Shown: one piece after another, positions 26,166-36,125 of the stretch
How the letters are laid out: the number at the start of each line of letters is the position of its first letter
Position numbering within the stretch: the stretch's first letter is position 1
From: Candidatus Kapaibacterium sp.
GTDB taxonomy: Bacteria; Bacteroidota; Ignavibacteria; Kapaibacteriales; UBA2268
Length of the DNA stretch: 42,009 nt
NCBI GenBank assembly: GCA_027858275.1
Contig: JAQIDA010000079.1
Coordinates: 1-42,009 of the forward strand
Reading direction: 5' to 3'
Translations under genes and position numbers: made by a program
Notes under the pieces: generated by a model
What the model was told of the DNA's origin: nothing
Databases searched by the model: none
The model's input: only the letters and a program-made list of their open reading frames with translations

Positions 26166-27071
26166 ATGAAATATCTAAATGAAGAAGATAATTTTTTGGC
26201 AATCGAAGACAAGCACTCGAATTACCAAGATGCCAATATAGTCATCCTCCCCGCTCCCTACGAACATACCGTCAGTTACGGCGGAGGAACGAACAAAGGT
26301 CCGGAAGGAATAATCAACGCAAGCGCTTATGTAGAATTTTATGATAATGAATTCGACAGAGAACTCTGTTTTGATAAGGGTATATGCACATTGGAGTCGA
26401 TTGAATACGGAGATGCTGTGGATAAAGCAGCCTTGGATATTCTTGAAATCAAAGTCAGTCAATTGCTCAATGACAATAAATTTGTTGTAACTCTGGGCGG
26501 TGAACATACAATTTCTACAGCCCCGATAGCGGCACATCTCAAAAAGTATCCGAATATGAGCGTATTACAATTCGACGCTCATTCCGATTTGAGGGAGACT
26601 TATGAAGACAGCCCCTATTCTCACGCCTGTATCATGGCACGAGTTGCTGAATTTCTGCCATACAAAAAAATTACTCAAGTCGGGATTCGAGCTTTATGCA
26701 TTGAAGAATCTGTCGTGATTAAGAAAGAAAATATAAATACTTTTTTCGCGAGCGCGATCAGAACAGGCCGGCAGGGGAATAATTGGCAAAAAGCAGTTTG
26801 CGATACTTTGGCGGATGAAGTATATATTACTTTTGATGTTGATTATTTCGATCCATCAATTATGCCGTCGACAGGGACTCCGGAACCTGACGGTTTTCTA
26901 TATAACGAGACTCTGGATGTTTTCAGAGAAATGATCAAAGCCGGGAAAAAGATTGTTGGCTTTGATATAGTGGAATCAGCTCCGGTTGTAGGAGTTACTC
27001 ATCCGGAAATGACTGTGGCAAGGCTGCTTTATAAGATGTTGAACTTTGCGTTTTATGAGGCTAAGAAATAA
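26166..27071 (+). CDS. speB: Agmatinase / arginase-family ureohydrolase
   Basis: Mn-binding motifs of the arginase fold: LGGEHTIS, LQFDAHSDLR, ITFDVDYFDPS..PSTGTPEPDG. The size (~300 aa) and pattern fit agmatinase best. The start was set at ATG 26166 (MKYLNEE) rather than the track's TTG at 26121. Confidence 0.8.
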   Translation: MKYLNEEDNFLAIEDKHSNYQDANIVILPAPYEHTVSYGGGTNKGPEGIINASAYVEFYDNEFDRELCFDKGICTLESIEYGDAVDKAALDILEIKVSQLLNDNKFVVTLGGEHTISTAPIAAHLKKYPNMSVLQFDAHSDLRETYEDSPYSHACIMARVAEFLPYKKITQVGIRALCIEESVVIKKENINTFFASAIRTGRQGNNWQKAVCDTLADEVYITFDVDYFDPSIMPSTGTPEPDGFLYNETLDVFREMIKAGKKIVGFDIVESAPVVGVTHPEMTVARLLYKMLNFAFYEAKK

Positions 27072-27090
27072 GTATTTACATACTCAAAAC

Positions 27091-27747
27091 TCATTCGATA
27101 TTTATTTTTTTGCCGAGAAATTTTGGTTTTTGGTCAATAATGTAAAGATCCAAAAAAACTTTAACTCTTGCAAAATACTCTCTCATTTGAATGCTTTTAC
27201 CAAGATAAGAATCTATGTCATCGGCATTATACCCTATGACATCGGCACCTTTGTTTTGTGCAATGTATATAGCTCTTTCATTTTGAAATTTCTGGGAAAT
27301 AACCGTAAATCTATTCTGCCCGAATACTTTCATACATCTGATTACAGAGTCAAATGTCCGGAATCCTGCATAATCCAAGTAAATTTTGTCTTCAGGAACG
27401 CCAAGATTTAGCAGAGCTTTCTTCATATCGCGAGGCTCGTTATAATATGAAAGAGAATTGTCGCCGCTCACGATTATATAATCAATTTTCCCTGCCTCAA
27501 ACAATGTAGCAGCTGCGTTTATACGGTTATAAAAAAACGGATTGGCATAATCTCCGACAAGATATTTTGATGTTCCGAGAACTAAGCCTACTCTGTTATA
27601 CGGAATATTCTTAACATCATCATACACATCCTGAGCCGATGATGATTCAATGCTGTAGTCAATAATTAAAATGGCAATTAACAAAAAAAGTCCTGCGGCA
27701 CTTATGCCGATCAGGACTCTTTTGATAATATGTTTGAAATTAATCAC
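27091..27747 (-). CDS. sanA: SanA/YdcF (DUF218) family envelope protein
   Basis: It is colinear with E. coli SanA: an N-terminal TM, NIPYNRVGLVLGTSKY, IDYIIVSGDNSLSYYNEPRDMKKALLNLGVPEDKIYLDYAGFRTFDSVIR, ISQKFQNERAIYIA. The GTG start overlaps the upstream stop (GTGA). Confidence 0.9.
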   Translation of the reverse strand: MINFKHIIKRVLIGISAAGLFLLIAILIIDYSIESSSAQDVYDDVKNIPYNRVGLVLGTSKYLVGDYANPFFYNRINAAATLFEAGKIDYIIVSGDNSLSYYNEPRDMKKALLNLGVPEDKIYLDYAGFRTFDSVIRCMKVFGQNRFTVISQKFQNERAIYIAQNKGADVIGYNADDIDSYLGKSIQMREYFARVKVFLDLYIIDQKPKFLGKKINIE

Positions 27748-28481
27748 TCTGCATTTTGCACATCTTTATTGAACATGTGTTTATTAAAACTAAACTTCAA
27801 CTTCCAGACCAAAAAAATTGCTTCGTAAATTATATGATTATTCATTTTTGAAACTCCGCTGCGACGATCAATGAAAATAATCGGGACTTCTTTCACTCTC
27901 GCTCCGCTTTTCCACATTCGGTAATTCATTTCAATTTGGAAACCGTATCCGTTGGATTTGATCGTTTTCAAGTTAATTTTTCTCAAAGCATCAGCCCTAA
28001 AACATTTGAATCCGCCGGTTGCATCTTTTACGGGCATTCCGGTGATTATCCTCGTATATAAATTTGCGCCATAGCTTAGGATCAACCTACTCAGAGGCCA
28101 ATTAACCACATTTACTCCCTCGGAATAACGAGAACCGATTATTAGATCATTGTTCTCAATTTCTTTCAAAAATCTGGACAGGTCTTCGGGATTGTGCGAA
28201 AAATCAGCATCCATTTCGCAAATATATTCAAAGCCTCGCTCCAGAGCATAAGCGAATCCCTCACAATAGGCCGTGCCAAGTCCCATTTTTCCCGCTCTCA
28301 GAATCAGATGAAGTCGATCGTTAGACTCCATCATTACTTTTACGACATCTGCCGTGCCGTCGGGAGAATTATCATCGACTATCAAGACATGAATTCCGTC
28401 AACGGCTTTCTGCACTGCTTCAATAATATTCGCAATATTATCAAGTTCATTATAAGTAGGTATTACAACTATATTTTTCAT
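27744..28481 (-). CDS. GT2 polyprenol-phosphate glycosyltransferase (dolichol-P-mannose synthase-like)
   Basis: 245 aa. VVIPTYNELDNIANII, VLIVDDNSPDGTADVV, EMDADFSH, GSRY, GFKCFR: the DPM1/PpmS-like soluble GT2 pattern. Confidence 0.8.
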   Translation of the reverse strand: MKNIVVIPTYNELDNIANIIEAVQKAVDGIHVLIVDDNSPDGTADVVKVMMESNDRLHLILRAGKMGLGTAYCEGFAYALERGFEYICEMDADFSHNPEDLSRFLKEIENNDLIIGSRYSEGVNVVNWPLSRLILSYGANLYTRIITGMPVKDATGGFKCFRADALRKINLKTIKSNGYGFQIEMNYRMWKSGARVKEVPIIFIDRRSGVSKMNNHIIYEAIFLVWKLKFSFNKHMFNKDVQNAE

Positions 28482-28531
28482 ATTTTCTTATCTTTCATAA
28501 ACAAATCATGCTTCATAAAAAATCCGTATAC

Positions 28532-29992
28532 TTACGTTTGTCCGTGACCTTTTAAAACTAAAAACACTGTTCTTACGATTATTTCTATATCAAGTTTCAA
28601 AGACATATTTTCTATATAGAAAAAGTCGTCTTTCAAACGATTTTCAATTTCTTCTTTAGATTCTACATAAGTTGTATATTTGACTTGCCACCATCCGGTA
28701 ATCCCCGGGCGCACAACGAGTCTGCGCTTATAGTAGGGGATCATTTCGCTAAATTTATCTACGAATACAGGGCGTTCCGGCCGCGGCCCGACCAAGCTCA
28801 TCTCCCCAATCAATACATTTAGAAATTGCGGGACTTCATCAAGATGCGAACTACGTAAAAACTTACCGAATTTAGTTACTCTTGTATCATTTACGGATGT
28901 CCAACGAGGACCGCCTTTTTCAGCATCCTGCTTCATAGACCGATATTTGAACATCATAAACAGCCTACCGTTTTTTCCGACTCTTTCTTGCTTGTAGAAC
29001 ACCGGTCCGGGCGAATCTAATTTGACTATTATCGCCAAAAGAAGCCAAACAGGTGAACCAAGAATTAAGACCAATGCGCTGAATACAACATCCAATACTT
29101 TTTTCAAAGCTTCCTGCCATGTTTTAAGTAATTGAGTATTGACTTCAATTAAAGGTATCCCGTATAAATGCAGTGTGCGAACTCTGCCGGTGAAATAATC
29201 GTAGAGATCAGGAATTATTTTTACACCAATATTTCTTTCGGCGCATTTCGAAACTACGTCTAATAAAATGCCGTGATCATCACTCTCGAGCGAGATCAGA
29301 ACTTCTGAAGGCCTTAAATCGTCCATTGTTTTTTCTAATGAATCGGACATTAACAAACATTCAACGCCCATATTTTCATAGTATTTTTTTTCTTCTTCAT
29401 ATTGTTTGGAACTGTCACATTTCAATGAAACAGATACTGTTTTATATCCCCAATTCGTTGCTTTTATTATAGATGAATGTAGTTCCCTGACTTTAAGCGG
29501 CGAACCGACTATCATTGCCGGTATCACATACAATCCTCTTTTTCGCAAGGCAGTATGAGTTTTTCGAGCGATATATCTGCCGGTACTCACAACAACCCCA
29601 AACACCGCAAGGAAAATCATAAATAAGCCGCGAGTATCAATCTGACCTTCATCAAGAAATATGATGAATATCAGGAAAAAACTTCCAAAAAACGCCACTT
29701 TGAAAACTGTGTAGAGTTCGTCAAAAGGCGATCTGATATACCAATTCTTATACATACCGGCTAAACCGAGTATCATCAACCAATAGACAACAAAGACTGA
29801 CCCCGTAAGGATTACCTGTGATATTTCTATATAAGGAGCAGTTTCGAACCAACCGGAAATAAATCTGATATAATATAACAGCATGTAGCTGAGGGAAACT
29901 GAAATTACATCAGCACAAAATTGAAGTAAATTCGGTGACAATTTAGCTCTGATATTATTTCTTGATATAATTTTATTATTGTTTTTATTCAT
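28532..29992 (-). CDS. Polyprenyl-phosphate hexose-1-phosphate transferase (WbaP/EpsL-like priming sugar transferase)
   Basis: 486 aa. It has N-terminal TM segments, a central CoA-binding-like domain, and the C-terminal bacterial sugar transferase core SPGPVFYKQERVGKNGRLFMMFKYRSM ... DEVPQFLNVLIGEMSLVGPRP. Confidence 0.9.
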   Translation of the reverse strand: MNKNNNKIISRNNIRAKLSPNLLQFCADVISVSLSYMLLYYIRFISGWFETAPYIEISQVILTGSVFVVYWLMILGLAGMYKNWYIRSPFDELYTVFKVAFFGSFFLIFIIFLDEGQIDTRGLFMIFLAVFGVVVSTGRYIARKTHTALRKRGLYVIPAMIVGSPLKVRELHSSIIKATNWGYKTVSVSLKCDSSKQYEEEKKYYENMGVECLLMSDSLEKTMDDLRPSEVLISLESDDHGILLDVVSKCAERNIGVKIIPDLYDYFTGRVRTLHLYGIPLIEVNTQLLKTWQEALKKVLDVVFSALVLILGSPVWLLLAIIVKLDSPGPVFYKQERVGKNGRLFMMFKYRSMKQDAEKGGPRWTSVNDTRVTKFGKFLRSSHLDEVPQFLNVLIGEMSLVGPRPERPVFVDKFSEMIPYYKRRLVVRPGITGWWQVKYTTYVESKEEIENRLKDDFFYIENMSLKLDIEIIVRTVFLVLKGHGQT

Positions 29993-30074
29993 AAAGAAGC
30001 AAGGAAATTTATACTATTGATTGAACAAATATCCACTACCGTAATATAGCAAATTTATGGATAATTACATAAAG

Positions 30075-31283
30075 TCAAATTGATTCCGGCAAAATATTTT
30101 CTTTTGATAATTCACTTCCCAACCATGCGGAATTTTGCTTGCGAGCGATAAACCTGAAAATACCGAGTAAAAAGCCAATATTCATTGATAAAAAGAATAC
30201 CAGTATTCTGAACGGGAACAGATTTATTTTCATTTTTTCGAGAATCCAACCAATCAACCCGCCTCCGTACAAAACAGCCTGACCGATCATTACTTTATCA
30301 TATATCATAGATTCTTCGGGCAGTAATATAGCTCCGAGCAAAATACCGATTAACATAATCGGTGCCGACCATCTTAATATTTTATGAGTATACAAAGCGA
30401 AGGACATCCATGCGTATCCTTTTTTGAAGGGGATAAAAACATCTCTCACTTCCCATACTGCGGACAAACCACCTGCGGCAAGACGAATTCGGCGACCGAG
30501 CTCATCACCGAGTGATTTTTCTCTTACTTCTGTTACGATCGCATCAGGGACAAATATTACGCGCTTCTTTTTATATGAAGTAATCAAAATTCTGTATAAG
30601 TCATCACAGACTCTGTCATTCGGCAAAGGCTGATACAATTCTGTTTTGATTCCGTACAATGTGCCGAGGCTGTTGACAGTGGATGAAACACTGCTCTCCC
30701 AAATACGAATATATGTCTCAAGTTTTTGATATAAGGATTCGCCTTTAACTCCGGCGTTTTCATCTTCCGGATCGACAACAATTTTAACGGCAGCCATAGC
30801 AGCGCCGACTTCTGTATCAGAAAGTTGCTCTGTCAATTTCGAAATTGTTCCGTTTTGGATTCGTAAGTCCGCGTCCATATAAAACAACAAAGGTGTTTCT
30901 ACTTTTTCGGCGAGAATATTAAGGATTCTGTTCTTGCCTGAGCGAGGCAGGTCATATACTTCGAGAGAATCATATTTCGTCTTGAGTTCGTTCAAGATAT
31001 TAATCGTATTATCATCAGAGCCGTCTGAACCGACAATCACCCGGATTAATTCATTCGGATATTCTGAATTGTATATTGATGCAACAGCATCGCTGATTAA
31101 TTTTTCTTCGTTATAAGCAGATATCAGAATACTAATTCCCGGTCGGTACTCTTCTGCTGTCTCGACTTTTTTCTTGAAAAACCGTGATATAATAAATAGA
31201 GCAATCGGGTACAGAACAAAAGCATTCAGAAGATTGCCGAAGCTGGAGAATATTAATATTTCTATCCAAAAAGTATATGTCAT
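30075..31283 (-). CDS. Integral-membrane family 2 glycosyltransferase (synthase-like architecture)
   Basis: 402 aa. It has an N-terminal TM, a GT2 core (ISILISAYNEE, VGSDGSDDNT, FYMDADLRI, VCDD), a degenerate QxxRW-like motif (GRRIRLAAGG), then three or four C-terminal TM helices. Confidence 0.8.
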   Translation of the reverse strand: MTYTFWIEILIFSSFGNLLNAFVLYPIALFIISRFFKKKVETAEEYRPGISILISAYNEEKLISDAVASIYNSEYPNELIRVIVGSDGSDDNTINILNELKTKYDSLEVYDLPRSGKNRILNILAEKVETPLLFYMDADLRIQNGTISKLTEQLSDTEVGAAMAAVKIVVDPEDENAGVKGESLYQKLETYIRIWESSVSSTVNSLGTLYGIKTELYQPLPNDRVCDDLYRILITSYKKKRVIFVPDAIVTEVREKSLGDELGRRIRLAAGGLSAVWEVRDVFIPFKKGYAWMSFALYTHKILRWSAPIMLIGILLGAILLPEESMIYDKVMIGQAVLYGGGLIGWILEKMKINLFPFRILVFFLSMNIGFLLGIFRFIARKQNSAWLGSELSKENILPESI

Positions 31284-31301
31284 AATTCAATTCGTTAATT
31301 T

Positions 31302-32945
31302 CTAAAAGTCCTCGAAAGCCAGTTTGAAACGAAATCCGTGTGTAATTATCTCATTTGTTGATCTGAATAAATACATGGCATGAAGATTAAATCCTCTGGC
31401 TAATTCCTTGCCCGCAGACAATTGGAATCTGTAAACATCATTTCTGATTCCGTCCAAAAAAGTAACTCTGTATGAGTCGCGTTCGATCATCATCACTTTT
31501 GAAGGATCGCCGCCCACATTTACATAATTACCGTCTTCGTCATAATAATTATCACCGTGACGGCTGTATGAGAATTTCATTTTTATGGGATACCTCCACC
31601 CCGTCCATATATTGGCGGAGACAGATATTTCATCTGAATTAGGAAGCAAATATGAACCGACTAATAATTCATCATTAGTCATGGCATTGAGTGAATCGAA
31701 ATGTGTGAATGTATACGGCTCTACTCGCGCGTATTCAACAGCAATATCCGTATTGAAAGGCAGTGCGTAGATCGCGCCGATATTCCATGCTGTTTTATTA
31801 GACCAGTACCCTGTTCCGATCTCATCAATTTTTATATCATCCAAAAAGAACGATCCTTTGAGCTGTAAACCGTCAAAAGGTCGTATTGTAGCGTCTAAGC
31901 CCATCATTGAGTTGTCTCTGTCATGGAGAGCATGTTCCAATGATTTGAAAAAACTCAGTGGGTTTAAATAGGCAAAGTCTACCGGTCTTTTCGTATAGAC
32001 AAGACCTTCCCAAAAGGCTATTTCTCCCCATGCGGGTCTGACGGCAAAACGATGTGTCACAAGATATTTTGTAGGTATGTAGGCATTGAAACCAACATTC
32101 AAAGTGTCTCTGTCCACGGCAAGCAATCCGGCATGAGTGAAACGATATTCAAAAGTCTTGAATTTCGCTCCTACACTTATAGCATCTGACGGAGGAGAGT
32201 TGTCTGATACAAACATTCTGTGGTTGATCCCGGCTCCGACAAGTTTCGATTCACGCCCGACAATGGCATAAAACCAATCATAATCAAATCGAACATGTGA
32301 TTCAGAAAAATCAAAATCGCTTCCGAGATCGGCAAATTTAACATTTTGCCTCAAATTTCTGATTTCTTCCAGAGCCAAAAGTGTTTCACCGCCGGCGATA
32401 ACGCCGTTGGTCGCACTTATATAATAACCTAAATGATCGGCCAGTGTTCCGAACATTCTTATTCCGAGATTTGCCGTCTGAACATTTCTATTCCCCTCGT
32501 CAGTCAATTGAGTTATGCTTTCAATTGAGCCGAGAGTCGAGAAATTCACATTGTATTTGTCAGTTTTATATCGATAGATAAATTTTTCGTCATCGGAAAA
32601 CATTCTTCCGGACAGAACTTGATTGCTGTCACTCGCACTGTAAATCACAACCGCGTTCTTACGATTTAGAATCTCGAATTCCGTCTCGAATTTCATCAAT
32701 GTGCTTAATTCCGCCTCAGACAGAGTTTTATCTTTGCCGATAGTCTCTAGGGCGGACACAATTTCTTTTCTCTGCAATGGGAGTGCGGATAAAGAAAAAT
32801 GCTCCAACAATCCTTTAGATTCGGCTCGCAGCAGGAACGAATAAACAGGATGAGTTATCGGGACGTGTTCGACCTGCGCTTTCGCCTGAACGGTTAAGAA
32901 CAAAACAGCCGATATTATCAGTAAGAATGCTTTAGTTTTTGTCAT
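31302..32945 (-). CDS. Outer-membrane beta-barrel protein, Wzi-like capsule assembly family (tentative)
   Basis: 547 aa. It has a signal peptide, an N-terminal helical repeat HPVYSFLLRAESKGLLEHFSLSALPLQRKEIVSAL resembling the Wzi N-terminal motif, a long strand-rich region and a C-terminal Phe (..FKLAFEDF). It sits between Wza-like and GT genes. Confidence 0.55.
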   Translation of the reverse strand: MTKTKAFLLIISAVLFLTVQAKAQVEHVPITHPVYSFLLRAESKGLLEHFSLSALPLQRKEIVSALETIGKDKTLSEAELSTLMKFETEFEILNRKNAVVIYSASDSNQVLSGRMFSDDEKFIYRYKTDKYNVNFSTLGSIESITQLTDEGNRNVQTANLGIRMFGTLADHLGYYISATNGVIAGGETLLALEEIRNLRQNVKFADLGSDFDFSESHVRFDYDWFYAIVGRESKLVGAGINHRMFVSDNSPPSDAISVGAKFKTFEYRFTHAGLLAVDRDTLNVGFNAYIPTKYLVTHRFAVRPAWGEIAFWEGLVYTKRPVDFAYLNPLSFFKSLEHALHDRDNSMMGLDATIRPFDGLQLKGSFFLDDIKIDEIGTGYWSNKTAWNIGAIYALPFNTDIAVEYARVEPYTFTHFDSLNAMTNDELLVGSYLLPNSDEISVSANIWTGWRYPIKMKFSYSRHGDNYYDEDGNYVNVGGDPSKVMMIERDSYRVTFLDGIRNDVYRFQLSAGKELARGFNLHAMYLFRSTNEIITHGFRFKLAFEDF

Positions 32946-32967
32946 AATTATTTTATTATTATTATAA

Positions 32968-34713
32968 TTATTTAGAGAAAACTGTCATCAGCACATTGAT
33001 TAGGATCGCCGTTGAACCAAGTATACCGGCTATAACACCCCAAGTTTGGACTTCAATTCCCGGTGGAATATCTGCCGGTCGGGGTACATATATTTCATCT
33101 CCGTCGAAGACGAAAGCACCGTCTTCGCCATTGATCCACACTTGCGTTTTACCTCTGATAATTCGCGCTCTGTCTTGCTTTGCCGCTTCAGTATATCCGC
33201 CGGCTTGTTCAATGTACCAATCCATTGTCTTATTTTTTACAAAAGGAATGTAGCCCGGTTGGTTGACTTGTCCGAAGATATAAACATATCCCGGACCGGA
33301 AGGCAAAACAATCATGTCATTATCTCGTAGAACCACATTGTTATGTTTTGATTCATATTCAACAGTTCCGTAGAGTTTGCGGAAATCGCATGAAACCCAA
33401 GGCTTTTTGATCTGAATATCTATATTGAACCTTGTTGAATCATCGAGGGTCAAATTACTGTATTGCAATTTTTTGAAATATTCTTGTTTGGAGTTATAGC
33501 TTGAGAGAGAGTTGTCTTCGCGGCGCATCACATAAGCCAGAGGCAAGTATGCTTTATCTGTCATCCCACCTGCCATTTCGATAATTTCTTTAACTCGTGT
33601 CACACCCGGTTTGATAATATAAACACCCGGAGCGCCGACTTCGCCGGTGACGGATACTTTACCGTAAGATACAGATTTTACGACTTTGCTTTTGCCGATG
33701 ATTATTGAACTGCCCGGCAAAAGATCGTAATCTTCGCCGATAATATTTAAATCTTCGTCAATTTTCAATACTATTTTAGGTTGGTCAAGAGTGAGGATCA
33801 GATTTACGTTATCTAAATCAGCATTTTGAGTCAAAGCCAAGCCAAGTCTCAGCAACATTGAAGCTTTATCGCCTTTTTTGAACGGAAGAACCGCGGGACG
33901 ATAGACTTGCCCCGAAATCGAGATGACGGAATAATCATTGGCTTCATAAGGAATATATATTTCGTCGCCTTCGCGAACGTAAATGTCTCCGTCGTGTGTT
34001 TCGCTCACTGAACCTTTTTCAATGTCGACTATCTCTGAGGTTCCGTCGCGATGATGGACAAGAATGTTTCTTGATGCATAGTCCATTGTACCTGACAAGC
34101 CGCTGCCGGCAAACATCTTTTCACTGTCCTGAATTTCTTCCTGCTGTTTCAACAAAGCAGGCATTTGCTGCATGGCTGTTTGAGTTGTATTTCTTTCTTG
34201 ATTGGATAATTGCAATGCAGTAGATACCCTGTATGAAGCAGGGCAATTATATACACCGGGCAATCTGACATTCCCGCGAATTTTTATCATCACTGTTCTT
34301 GCTTTATACAAAGTTATATAAACTTCCGCACCGGAGTTTTTGTCAGTAATCGCTGATTTGATTGATTCAGTAGCTTCGGCGAGGGTTTTTCCTTTGAGAG
34401 AAAGTATACCGACTCTCGGAATCATTACGGAGATATCCGGAGTAACAACGATGGGGTTACTTGTGTTAAGCTGCGACATATCCTGAATTGCGATGACATC
34501 GCCGGGACCGATATAGTATTTTTCCGGAACTACTACGTTCCCTACCGGCATGGCGTCAGCTCTTATCAATTTTTGGCTGCTTGCGGCGGAACTGAGTTCG
34601 TTTTGGAACATTTTGTCAGAATCAATAGCGGAAAATCCCTTATCCTGACTGTAGGAGCTGTTAGTAAAAACTATGAAGAGAACTAAAAATGTTGCTTTTG
34701 AAAATAAAGACAT
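32968..34713 (-). CDS. Polysaccharide export protein (Wza/OPX family; Poly_export + multiple SLBB repeats)
   Basis: 581 aa with signal peptide. The Poly_export motif is YYIGPGDVIAIQD. Repeated SLBB-like units are IRGNVRLPGVY, ISGQVYRPAVLPF, VTGEVGAPGVYIIKPGVTRVKEIIEMAGG and IFGQVNQPGYIPFVKNKTMDWYIEQAGGYT. There is a C-terminal hydrophobic helix TWGVIAGILGSTAILINVLMTVF. Confidence 0.85.
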   Translation of the reverse strand: MSLFSKATFLVLFIVFTNSSYSQDKGFSAIDSDKMFQNELSSAASSQKLIRADAMPVGNVVVPEKYYIGPGDVIAIQDMSQLNTSNPIVVTPDISVMIPRVGILSLKGKTLAEATESIKSAITDKNSGAEVYITLYKARTVMIKIRGNVRLPGVYNCPASYRVSTALQLSNQERNTTQTAMQQMPALLKQQEEIQDSEKMFAGSGLSGTMDYASRNILVHHRDGTSEIVDIEKGSVSETHDGDIYVREGDEIYIPYEANDYSVISISGQVYRPAVLPFKKGDKASMLLRLGLALTQNADLDNVNLILTLDQPKIVLKIDEDLNIIGEDYDLLPGSSIIIGKSKVVKSVSYGKVSVTGEVGAPGVYIIKPGVTRVKEIIEMAGGMTDKAYLPLAYVMRREDNSLSSYNSKQEYFKKLQYSNLTLDDSTRFNIDIQIKKPWVSCDFRKLYGTVEYESKHNNVVLRDNDMIVLPSGPGYVYIFGQVNQPGYIPFVKNKTMDWYIEQAGGYTEAAKQDRARIIRGKTQVWINGEDGAFVFDGDEIYVPRPADIPPGIEVQTWGVIAGILGSTAILINVLMTVFSK

Positions 34714-34919
34714 AAAACCTACCTCAACGCCTCATTATTAAAAACTGAATTTCCGACAAACAGTAATCTGCAAATTTAACAAGATAATCATGGAAATTTG
34801 CTCAAAAAATATTGTAAGAATCAATCGGAACGACGATATGCCGCGGCAATTATTATTGTAATGGTTTTCAGCTGTTGATTATCCGGAGCAAGGGTTCAAG
34901 CTCCCTTGTTAATAATCAT

Positions 34920-35393
34920 TTAATACACGGTTTTATCAGTCTTCTCGGACCATTCTCGGAATACATCCAATGCGGTATCCCGCTTAATCTGCGTGGCTTT
35001 GATTGTTCTTTCCTCAATCGGCTTAACAATTTCAGCTTTAATAAAACTGTCATCAAATCCTGCAGCTGAAGCATCATTAGCAGTTGTGGCATAATAATAA
35101 TTATCAATTCTTGACCAATAAATCGCGCTGAGGCACATAGGGCAAGGTTCACAACTGGTATAGAGCGTACAACCTTTGAGACTGAAAGTATTGAGATTTG
35201 CGCATGCGTCACGGATTGCGTTTAGTTCGGCATGAGCTGTAGGATCGTTATTAACAGTAACAGAATTCACACCTCTGCCAACTATCTTTCCGTCTTTTAC
35301 AACAACTGCCCCAAAAGGGCCGCCGCCGGTTTTAATGCTTTCGGAAGCAGCGGCGATTGCTGCTTTTATATGTTTTTCGTTATTGTTTTCCAT
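34920..35393 (-). CDS. guaD: Guanine deaminase (CDA-fold, GuaD type)
   Basis: 157 aa, colinear with B. subtilis GuaD: GGPFGAVVVKDGKIV, NDPTAHAELNAIRDAC, LYTSCEPCPMCLSAIYWS, GFDDSFI..E..KP.EERTI. Confidence 0.8.
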   Translation of the reverse strand: MENNNEKHIKAAIAAASESIKTGGGPFGAVVVKDGKIVGRGVNSVTVNNDPTAHAELNAIRDACANLNTFSLKGCTLYTSCEPCPMCLSAIYWSRIDNYYYATTANDASAAGFDDSFIKAEIVKPIEERTIKATQIKRDTALDVFREWSEKTDKTVY

Positions 35394-35413
35394 AGCAAAA
35401 CACAGATGATTTT

Positions 35414-36067
35414 TTACAAAGGCTGAGTTATATATTTATCCAACCCCGAACCGCCCGTTTTTGTCTGAGCATTCTTGATATAGGGATCATTGAGTCTTTG
35501 CACGTACTTCCCGATTATATCAAATTCAAGATTTACTTCCGAACCGGTTCGCGCTTCGGCGAGTGTCGTCATTTTCCATGTATGTGGGATAACAGCAACC
35601 GTGAACATGTCGGTTTCACAATCGGATATTGTCAAACTAATTCCGTTGATACAGATTGAGCCGCGCGGAACGATTAAACCGGCAAATTCAGCAGGTATCT
35701 TTATTGTCAAAAGTTTTCCTGTTGATTCGTTACGTATATTAATCAATCTCCCCGGACAATCCACATGTCCTTGTACCAAATGACCGCCAAGTCTGTCGCC
35801 CAACTTCGCTGCGCGTTCTAAGTTGAGATTCATCCCAACCCTAAAACTCGCAAAAGTAGTTTTTCGGATAGTTTCTTCCACAGCCTCCACGTCGAAACTG
35901 TCCGCTGTATGAGCAATAACTGTTTGGCAAACTCCGTTCAAGGCAACGGAATCATCAACTTTAATGTCTTCAAGCACATTGTCGGCACTGACAGTAATGC
36001 GCATTGCGCCGCCTAATGGCTTTATCGCTCTGATTTTTCCGATTTCTTCAATTAATCCGGTAAACAT
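35414..36067 (-). CDS. ribE: Riboflavin synthase (alpha chain)
   Basis: MFTGLIEEIGKI.., duplicated lumazine-binding repeats (SVALNGVCQTV / SICINGISLTI), and GGHLVQGHVD. Confidence 0.92.
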   Translation of the reverse strand: MFTGLIEEIGKIRAIKPLGGAMRITVSADNVLEDIKVDDSVALNGVCQTVIAHTADSFDVEAVEETIRKTTFASFRVGMNLNLERAAKLGDRLGGHLVQGHVDCPGRLINIRNESTGKLLTIKIPAEFAGLIVPRGSICINGISLTISDCETDMFTVAVIPHTWKMTTLAEARTGSEVNLEFDIIGKYVQRLNDPYIKNAQTKTGGSGLDKYITQPL

Positions 36068-36125
36068 AATCTTTGTATTTAAAATTGAACATTATATTTG
36101 TTTTGCAGAATTCTGTCCTCAATCC

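Noticed and set aside
34870-34915. Hairpin CAAGGG-N8-CCCTTG just downstream of guaD as a terminator.
   Set aside because: It has a 6-bp stem and no T tract on the minus strand. The evidence is too weak to annotate.
36068-36125. FMN riboswitch expected upstream of ribE, and a lysine riboswitch upstream of dapD (39752-39886).
   Set aside because: The ribE leader is only 58 nt, too short for an FMN element. The dapD leader is largely explained by the terminator hairpin of the preceding gene, and no L-box features were seen.
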